In this document: one piece after another, positions 6,751 to 12,048 of the stretch
How the letters are laid out: each line of letters opens with the position of its first letter
Numbering within the stretch: position 1 is the first letter of the stretch
From: a virus
Strand: one strand, 5' to 3'
Length of the DNA: 12,048 nt
Virus record (IMG/VR): IMGVR_UViG_3300045988_058916
Coordinates: 1-12,048 of that record
The notes under the pieces: generated by a model
Database searches by the model: none
What the model saw: only the letters and a program-made list of their open reading frames with translations
What the model was told of the DNA's origin: nothing
Made by a program: the position numbers and the translations under genes

Positions 6751-6944
6751 TACTTGATAAGCGTTTTAATTAACGTGCAAAGTTCAGTTAACACTTTCGT
6801 GTTACTTTGCACCGTTTCGTTTAACTTGTCGGTTTCGTTTTGGTGTCTTTCGTTCTGTTTCTCCATATAGAAGAAAAGGGCGACACACACCGCTACGGGA
6901 AACCCCACGTTACTAATTAGCGATATTAATCCGTTTATATCCAT
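6750..6944 (-). CDS. Small single-pass membrane protein, 64 aa, YvrJ-like. Holin candidate.
   Basis: LISLISNVGFPVAVCVALFFYMEK matches my recollection of the YvrJ family (PF12841) ISN-GFP-hydrophobic-helix signature. There is one predicted TM helix followed by a polar helical tail. It is the first gene after the late promoter, and its stop overlaps the portal ATG (TAATG). Confidence 0.55.
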   Translation of the reverse strand: MDINGLISLISNVGFPVAVCVALFFYMEKQNERHQNETDKLNETVQSNTKVLTELCTLIKTLIK

Positions 6945-6975
6945 ATAGTAAATTTTAACTTTATTATTTACGTTG

Positions 6976-7007
6976 CAAAGATACCCATATTATTTGGTTT
7001 CACCAAA
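6976..7007 (-). promoter_or_regulatory. Bacteroidota-type promoter of the structural (late) operon (-33 TTTG at 7007..7004, -7 TATCTTTG at 6983..6976, read on the - strand)
   Basis: TTTG, 20 nt, TAnnTTTG has the same spacing as the two end promoters. It lies 31 nt upstream of the ATG at 6944, just downstream of the early-operon terminator. Confidence 0.65.
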
Positions 7008-7010
7008 TAA

Positions 7011-7054
7011 AACGGGGGAAAATTGTTTCACGTGAAACAATTTTAACCCCCGTT
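7011..7054 (-). terminator. Long hairpin terminator of the replication/packaging operon, containing the GTTTCACGTGAAAC palindrome (7025..7038)
   Basis: 7019..7044 is a 26-bp perfect palindrome (AAAATTGTTTCACGTGAAACAATTTT). It is extended by AACGGGGG / CCCCCGTT arms with a 2-nt bulge. On the - strand it is followed by TTTTATTT. It starts 9 nt after the ATPase stop. Confidence 0.7.
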
Positions 7055-7062
7055 AACAGATA

Positions 7063-8202
7063 TTAAGTGATGATATTGCTCCTAGCACTTGCCATTAGGT
7101 AGTTTCTAACAATTTCGCCTATCTCGTTATTTTGGTAAAATACCTTATCTGTCGCGAAATACTTAGTTATCTGTGCCTCCAAATATGTGGCAGTACTTAG
7201 TAATTTACGCTTATAATTAGGTTTACCGTTCATTTGCAGCGAATAAATCAAGCTATTTTCCGTGTCTTTTATCGGGGTTGTTTTGTTATGTATATAGATA
7301 AAGTTGTTCACCCCGTTTTCTTTGTCTTCTATCTGAATAACGTTTCCCTGCAAAGTCATCTCATTAAACTGAATATAGAACACAAATAACACGTCTTTCG
7401 GTTTGTATTTAACGGGCAAATGTGGGTAAACTGCCAATTCCCATTTACCGCCCGTTATCATTTGCAGATTTTCGTTATCAAAGCAAAAATACTTGTTACT
7501 TGCTTTTTGCTTTATAATTGTACTGCAATATTCTACTGCGACCGTTGCACCGTGTTCACCGAATCGGTAAATGTCTATCGTTCCCTGCTCCATCACTCTT
7601 ACCTGCTTTAAACCCATTTCGGTAAAATACGGGCAAAATTGATTTACGGTGTTACCCAACATAAAGACTTTCACATCGTTTCTCTGTCGTATTATTGTGC
7701 TCAATAAATTCATATAAAGCATAAACTCATCGGGCAAATAGTAACGTCTAGTTAAAAACTCATCGAAAACGACCGTTGTTATGTTCGGGTAACTGCTAGA
7801 CTTTTCGTGTTCTTGTTCTGATAAACAGAAACCAAAACAGAAAGGTGTGCTATCGGGTACACGTTTTTTGGTTTCTGCATCATAAGACGAAAGAAACCAT
7901 TTACCCGACACGTAAAACACCTCGTTAAACTTGCCGTTTGTCAATTCTTGAATCACACCATTAGCAACGTGATTACTGAATAAACTTTCAGCTCGTTTTC
8001 CTCGCAAATCTTCACGCCATCTACGGATATACGCCATCTGTTTTCCCGTGCGCAAATACTCTTTTATGCCATACAATAACGTGGCATAAGTCTTTCCGTT
8101 TGAGCGTTCACCGAATATAACGTTGTAATCGGCATTCTTTGCCAAAATTCTAGAAAGACTGTAAAACTTTGGCGTTTCTACTTTTTCTTTCTTCTGTTTC
8201 AT
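7063..8202 (-). CDS. DNA packaging (encapsidation) ATPase, phi29 gp16-like, 379 aa
   Basis: Walker A: YNVIFGERSNGKTYA resembles gp16 LNFVIGARGIGKSYA. MAYIRRWREDL resembles FIYVRRYKPEL. Walker B: SSYPNITTVVFDEFLTR resembles NAYPNVSTIVFDEFIRE (from memory). Confidence 0.88.
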   Translation of the reverse strand: MKQKKEKVETPKFYSLSRILAKNADYNVIFGERSNGKTYATLLYGIKEYLRTGKQMAYIRRWREDLRGKRAESLFSNHVANGVIQELTNGKFNEVFYVSGKWFLSSYDAETKKRVPDSTPFCFGFCLSEQEHEKSSSYPNITTVVFDEFLTRRYYLPDEFMLYMNLLSTIIRQRNDVKVFMLGNTVNQFCPYFTEMGLKQVRVMEQGTIDIYRFGEHGATVAVEYCSTIIKQKASNKYFCFDNENLQMITGGKWELAVYPHLPVKYKPKDVLFVFYIQFNEMTLQGNVIQIEDKENGVNNFIYIHNKTTPIKDTENSLIYSLQMNGKPNYKRKLLSTATYLEAQITKYFATDKVFYQNNEIGEIVRNYLMASARSNIIT

Positions 8203-8203
8203 A

Positions 8204-10414
8204 TTATTCTTTTTTTAGTCTTATTCCCATTAAATAGTTTATATAAAGAACTGAAAGACTCAAAGTGTACCCCGTTGGTTCTAGGTGTACGCCAGTTACC
8301 GTGTCGTAACTTGAAACCGTACCCAAATAGTCTTTTATTGTTCCCGTTTGCTCATAGTCAATATATGTATGGATATTTTTGCCCGTTGCTATCGGTGGAA
8401 TATCTAGATAATTTGTAAATGCGTCAAAGATACCACTTTCACCGTATGTTTCTAACAGATACGGTATTGCATCTTTCTTGTTCACACCCGACACCGTTAT
8501 GCAATAATTATAGTCTTTTCCGTCAACTGTAAGGGCGTTTTCTTCCTCAACTAGATAACGTTTAGCCCCTAACGTTTTAAAACGCTTGTAACGCCCCTCG
8601 TAATCCCATATCCCCAAAAGTTTTGCGACCCCTTTTATTGTAACGGGTTCTACCTTTTCAAAAGGTATTTTATGAAATTTACAAGCTGCACGTAACTTTT
8701 GTTGTACCAAATCATTGTATGCTTTAAAATACGCTTTGTGGGCATCACCGTTCATTATTTTAACTGAATCGGTATCACTGTATATATAGTCATCTCCACA
8801 TTCAGAAATTCCCGTGAAAAGGTTTCGTCTAGCATAAGCGGTAACGTAAATACCCCACGGGTAAAAAAGAAAACGGTTTTTGCTATCATTGTATTTCGTC
8901 AGCATCTCTAATTTCTTTTCACTTGTCAAGTGTTCAATATCCCACGTTTCACCGTCACACAAAATCTCATCACGCAAAGGGTTTGTAACACACATACCAT
9001 AACAACTGTTTAACATCTCCTTACTATTTAAATACTCCACTTCTTTTCCACGCACGCCTTTTAGTTTCGTCTTCATTTCGTACAAATGGAGTATTGAATC
9101 CACAAATTCGGTGGGCAAATATTCTTTGCGGTAACAAATCATTTTGCCAATTCTGAAATTTTCCCAGCTGTAAAACTGCGAGAAAACTTTAAAATCTATT
9201 TCAGTAATAGTCATACATATTCGTTTTGCACAAACCAATCGCCCGTTATTTTCTGATATGTTTTCTTTTACAAAGCACTTACTAACAGAAATAGGATTTT
9301 CGTTTTCTGATTTTGCAAAAATGTTGTTTATCTCAATATCGAAAACACAACAAAATTTGCTTGTCATAAACTCAAATTGTTTCATTGATTTAATGGGTAC
9401 AAAAACACCCGTACTCATAGGAAAACGTTCTGAAACCATCACATAAGGGTAACTACTAGTAAAATCATAACTATCAACGTTTTCTATTACCTCATCGGTG
9501 TATTTAGCATTTGCGTGCGTGAAACCACCTGCAAACGCACGTTGCAACATTTCAAATTCTTCTATGCCAGTAATATTTAAGCTATGGATTTTATCTAAAT
9601 ACTTAAAATTCGGTACGGTTTTCCCCGTTTCGTTATCTTCTGTTTTGAAACAAATAGACCTGCAATATTTACGCACGAATCCCGTTTTCGTAAGTGGCAG
9701 TTTTGTTATGCCCTTATAACGTTCAATCAATTCTTGAATATAGCACATTACTACTTTTATATCGTTCAGACAATAACCAATCTCTTTTTGTGTTAACGGT
9801 GTTTTACTGTGACGTAATAGGCTATAATCTAAGTCACCAACTAACTTTTCACATTTGTATTTATGTAATTGTTCGCCTAACTTTGCCAAAGAATAACCGC
9901 TTAAAAGATACGAGCATCTAAACTCTAAACCCGTTTTTGTTATTCCATAAATAGGTTTACGTAAATCTATAGAGAAAACTTTTTCCCATAACAGTAACTC
10001 ACGGAAAAATTGAAACTCGTATGCTAGGTTATGCACGTATATAATGATACGTCTTTTTGTATTTAGTTTCAGAATTATTTCTATTTCTGATAACATATCC
10101 AAAAATTCTTCCCACGTGCGACCAATAATACAGAATCCGTTTATTCCAAATTGCCAAACATACATTAAAGAACACTTTTCCATTTTTGTATCTTTTCCAC
10201 CTAGTTTAATGTAACGGTCGTAACTATATGTTTCACCGTCAGCATCTCTATAGAAAGACGTTGTTTCAATATCAAACGAAACGGGCACATTTAAGAACTT
10301 TTCGCCCTTATTATTGCCAACGAAATTCTTTTCGTTCACTGCCAAAGATAAAACTTTTGCAATATCTTTCGGGGTGTACGTTTCTGTATGTAATTCAAAT
10401 GGAATCTTTTTCAT
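8204..10414 (-). CDS. Family B DNA polymerase, protein-primed type, 736 aa
   Basis: ExoI VSFDIETTS, ExoII YVHNLAYEFQF, ExoIII YCLNDIKVV, motif A DSYDFTSSYPYVM (Dx2SLYP-like), motif B KEMLNSCYGM (Kx3NSxYG), motif C YSDTDSV, KxY LGAKRYL. The context (ITRs and an adjacent candidate terminal protein) fits protein priming. Confidence 0.93.
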   Translation of the reverse strand: MKKIPFELHTETYTPKDIAKVLSLAVNEKNFVGNNKGEKFLNVPVSFDIETTSFYRDADGETYSYDRYIKLGGKDTKMEKCSLMYVWQFGINGFCIIGRTWEEFLDMLSEIEIILKLNTKRRIIIYVHNLAYEFQFFRELLLWEKVFSIDLRKPIYGITKTGLEFRCSYLLSGYSLAKLGEQLHKYKCEKLVGDLDYSLLRHSKTPLTQKEIGYCLNDIKVVMCYIQELIERYKGITKLPLTKTGFVRKYCRSICFKTEDNETGKTVPNFKYLDKIHSLNITGIEEFEMLQRAFAGGFTHANAKYTDEVIENVDSYDFTSSYPYVMVSERFPMSTGVFVPIKSMKQFEFMTSKFCCVFDIEINNIFAKSENENPISVSKCFVKENISENNGRLVCAKRICMTITEIDFKVFSQFYSWENFRIGKMICYRKEYLPTEFVDSILHLYEMKTKLKGVRGKEVEYLNSKEMLNSCYGMCVTNPLRDEILCDGETWDIEHLTSEKKLEMLTKYNDSKNRFLFYPWGIYVTAYARRNLFTGISECGDDYIYSDTDSVKIMNGDAHKAYFKAYNDLVQQKLRAACKFHKIPFEKVEPVTIKGVAKLLGIWDYEGRYKRFKTLGAKRYLVEEENALTVDGKDYNYCITVSGVNKKDAIPYLLETYGESGIFDAFTNYLDIPPIATGKNIHTYIDYEQTGTIKDYLGTVSSYDTVTGVHLEPTGYTLSLSVLYINYLMGIRLKKE

Positions 10415-11043
10415 TATAGACCAAAATTTTTAAAACTATCTAGAATCCTTTGCACCGTGTCTTCCACGACCTCACCAACATTATCAATACTGTTTTGTAA
10501 GTTGTCGGCAATTTTAACGGCATCACTTTCTATTTGGTCGGACACATCACGACTTTCTTGTTCCAATTCGCCCGTAAAATCTTTGTACTGCATTAAATAT
10601 TGTTCAAGAAACTTTTCGTCTGATACGCTAGAGATTTTGCCTATTAACTTGTTTTGCATTAAACTAAACTCATCGTCAGTTAGTTTATATGTTTTCTTTA
10701 AGTGTTTGGCATATTCGTTTGCACCCGTTGCCGTTGATGTTGGCTGCTGCAAAAATGCGATAGCTTTAGAATATTCGATTTTTAGGTCGTTCCAGTTATG
10801 TTTCATTGAAAACTTTGAATAACCTTTTACGTCACCCTTATTTAATGCCACAACTGCGGGAGATACCACACCGTTTTTCTCTATATTCTGAATGCGTCTA
10901 TTTGCCTGCTGAAAAACCTTCGAAATTTGTTTTCTTAAACTAGGGCTAGACTCAACGGCATTGATAATTTCTTTTTTGATACGGGCTTTTTTCGTTGCAT
11001 TAAATGTACGATTACTAAACCCGATAGGATTTTTATTTGCCAT
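10414..11043 (-). CDS. Candidate terminal protein (replication primer), 209 aa
   Basis: Position only. It lies immediately upstream of the polymerase and is translationally coupled to it (TAATG overlap at 10412..10416), as with phi29 gene 3/gene 2. The N-terminus is basic and the C-terminus acidic. I recognise no motif. Confidence 0.4.
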   Translation of the reverse strand: MANKNPIGFSNRTFNATKKARIKKEIINAVESSPSLRKQISKVFQQANRRIQNIEKNGVVSPAVVALNKGDVKGYSKFSMKHNWNDLKIEYSKAIAFLQQPTSTATGANEYAKHLKKTYKLTDDEFSLMQNKLIGKISSVSDEKFLEQYLMQYKDFTGELEQESRDVSDQIESDAVKIADNLQNSIDNVGEVVEDTVQRILDSFKNFGL

Positions 11044-11059
11044 AAAATAAATATAAAAA

Positions 11060-11091
11060 GGGGGCGATTATTAATTAAAACAACCGCCCCC
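11060..11091 (-). terminator. Intra-operon stem-loop with T-tract (possible attenuator) between the 121-aa gene and the terminal-protein candidate
   Basis: On the - strand: GGGGGCG, 18-nt AT loop, CGCCCCC, followed by TTTTTATATTTATTTT. The stem is a 7-bp GC stem. Confidence 0.4.
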
Positions 11092-11123
11092 ACCGTTACA
11101 CATATATCACCCAAAAACCACTC

Positions 11124-11489
11124 TTACTTATCTACAAAAGTAATGCCATAGCACTTCTTTGCGTGCGACTCGTACTCATAAATAGTATATCCCACCTTAT
11201 TTGCTTTAATAGCATCTACGGCATCACTGTTAGCTAAAATCTCACGTACCGTGTCACCCGTAAATGCTGGCAAATTTACTAGACGCTTGTTTTCAGCGTC
11301 AATAATAACGGGCGAGTCACCTAACTGTGATTTATGCACGTACATACCATTAATAGGGTGAACAACATCACCGCCACCGTCTTTCTCACCGTTGTAAATG
11401 TCTGTTAACTTCACAAACGGAAAATCTGTGGTATCAATACCAAAACTAGCCTTGTTAAATGTGCTAGCGAAACTAAAACCCTTTGCCAT
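11124..11489 (-). CDS. Hypothetical early protein, 121 aa. Possible ssDNA-binding protein by size and position only.
   Basis: ORF track. It is the second gene of the right-end operon, similar in size and position to phi29 p5 (SSB). I recognise no sequence motif. Confidence 0.6.
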   Translation of the reverse strand: MAKGFSFASTFNKASFGIDTTDFPFVKLTDIYNGEKDGGGDVVHPINGMYVHKSQLGDSPVIIDAENKRLVNLPAFTGDTVREILANSDAVDAIKANKVGYTIYEYESHAKKCYGITFVDK

Positions 11490-11540
11490 AACTTATAATA
11501 TTTAACGTTAAACTTTCTGTTTTTATAAAGAGATTAATTA

Positions 11541-11705
11541 TTAAATCTCTTTAAGACCGTTTGCACTTGCAAATTCGTTTAACCACTTCTTAAAGCGGTT
11601 CAACTTGATAACTGCTTTGTCATCTTTTGCAACCTCGTTACTAGTCATCAAAGCGTTAACGCTAGTAATACAATTAAACATTACTTCATTAAAATTTTCG
11701 TTCAT
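11541..11705 (-). CDS. Small hypothetical early protein, 54 aa (MNENFNEVMFNCITSVNALMTSNEVAKDDKAVIKLNRFKKWLNEFASANGLKEI), below the ORF-track cutoff
   Basis: Hand translation of the - strand: ATG at 11705..11703, TAA at 11543..11541. It is the first ORF downstream of the right-end promoter and is predicted helical. Confidence 0.45.
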   Translation of the reverse strand: MNENFNEVMFNCITSVNALMTSNEVAKDDKAVIKLNRFKKWLNEFASANGLKEI

Positions 11706-11754
11706 AACTTACCTAATTTAAATTGTTAAACTTATATGTTTTCTAAACACGGTG

Positions 11755-11786
11755 CAAAGATAAGTCAATTTTACGAAACCACCAAA
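11755..11786 (-). promoter_or_regulatory. Bacteroidota-type promoter of the replication (early) operon (-33 TTTG at 11786..11783, -7 TATCTTTG at 11762..11755, read on the - strand)
   Basis: TTTG, 20 nt, TAnnTTTG. It shares the 20-mer AAAATAATTTGGTGGTTTCG with the left promoter. Confidence 0.65.
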
Positions 11787-11800
11787 TTATTTTAGTTAAA

Positions 11801-11827
11801 AAGTATTAATGGATAAAATTAATACTT
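11801..11827. promoter_or_regulatory. 10-bp perfect inverted repeat (AAGTATTAAT, 7 nt, ATTAATACTT) between the right ITR and the early promoter
   Basis: Seen directly in the sequence. There is no counterpart at the left end. It lies about 15 nt upstream of the -33 element. Confidence 0.3.
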
Positions 11828-11834
11828 GTTAACA

Positions 11835-12048
11835 CTTTTGTTCCACGTGAAACATCACTTACTACCGTTTCACGTGAAACATTTGCAACCTAATTTTTAT
11901 GAAAGTTTAACAGTGTTAACGGTGTGTTAAATGTGTTAAATAAACGTAAAATGTAAGGTATTTGTGGCACAGCAAAAACCGTGCCAAAGTGTGTTAGCAA
12001 CTGTTAAAAATGCGTTGGGAAATGTTAAATTGGGGTGCTTTGTGTACC
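11835..12048. repeat. Right inverted terminal repeat (214 bp)
   Basis: Exact reverse complement of 1..214. Confidence 0.95.
11840..11880. promoter_or_regulatory. Right-ITR copies of the palindromic sites (GTTCCACGTGAAAC at 11840..11853, GTTTCACGTGAAAC at 11867..11880)
   Basis: Mirror image of 169..209. Confidence 0.55.

Larger units (their letters stand above)
1..12048. mobile_element. Complete linear genome of a small phi29-like (protein-primed) podophage, bounded by inverted terminal repeats
   Basis: Perfect 214-bp ITRs sit flush with both window ends. The genome encodes a protein-primed-type PolB, a gp16-like ATPase, a gp10-like portal, a gp8-like capsid protein, gp9-like tail parts and an endolysin. 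Coding density is about 90% and there are no host housekeeping genes. Confidence 0.85.

Noticed and set aside
595-10120. Additional CACGTG hexamers inside genes (near 595, 4823, 6524 and 10115)
   Set aside because: Only the core hexamer is present, without the GTTTC/GAAAC arms. That is consistent with chance occurrence, so I did not count them as copies of the 14-bp site.
2657-10822. Many 60-121 aa + strand ORFs in the track (2657..2881, 2668..2898, 3013..3195, 4294..4512, 4779..4970, 5275..5466, 6200..6487, 6496..6690, 7420..7611, 9258..9446, 9498..9719, 9694..9921, 10228..10419, 10457..10822)
   Set aside because: All lie antisense inside long - strand genes that have clear family motifs. 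Their translations are low-complexity, Cys/Phe/Leu-rich products typical of antisense frames in AT-rich DNA. None has a promoter or terminator.
11527-11551. AT-rich inverted repeat AAAGAGATT-7nt-AATCTCTTT overlapping the stop of the 54-aa ORF
   Set aside because: It is a 9-bp, mostly A/T stem with low predicted stability and no clear T-tract context. I cannot distinguish it from chance in AT-rich sequence.
1-12048. ITR-bounded element as a transposon, IS, casposon or polinton-like element, or as a linear plasmid
   Set aside because: There is no transposase, integrase or Cas1. No flanking host sequence or target-site duplication is visible. A full phi29-like capsid, portal, ATPase and tail module is present, so a virus genome is the simplest reading.

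Overview
The window appears to be a complete linear dsDNA genome of a very small (12,048 bp) phi29-like, protein-primed podophage, not a chromosomal fragment. Bases 1..214 are the exact reverse complement of 11835..12048, so there are perfect 214-bp inverted terminal repeats (ITRs) flush with both window ends. Between them is a compact, AT-rich gene set. A short rightward arm (348..1516, + strand) has three small unknown ORFs plus a peptidase M15 endolysin. A long leftward block (- strand) splits into two operons. The replication/packaging operon holds a 54-aa ORF, a 121-aa ORF, a 209-aa candidate terminal protein, a 736-aa protein-primed family B DNA polymerase and a gp16-like packaging ATPase. 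The structural operon holds a YvrJ-like membrane protein, a gp10-like portal with an acidic Glu/Thr repeat tail, a 189-aa protein, a gp8-like major capsid protein, a 146-aa protein resembling the N-terminus of the gp9 tail knob, and a 621-aa tail/receptor-binding protein. All three promoters I can find have the Bacteroidota architecture (TTTG, 20 nt, TAnnTTTG), and Shine-Dalgarno sequences are essentially absent, so a Bacteroidota host is likely. A 14-bp palindrome, GTTTCACGTGAAAC, occurs twice in each ITR and once in the early-operon terminator just upstream of the late promoter, which suggests a dedicated regulatory or origin-binding site. Protein family calls rest on motifs I recognise from memory of phi29 proteins; no alignment or database search was run. 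I saw no tRNA, rRNA, CRISPR array, integrase or transposase.
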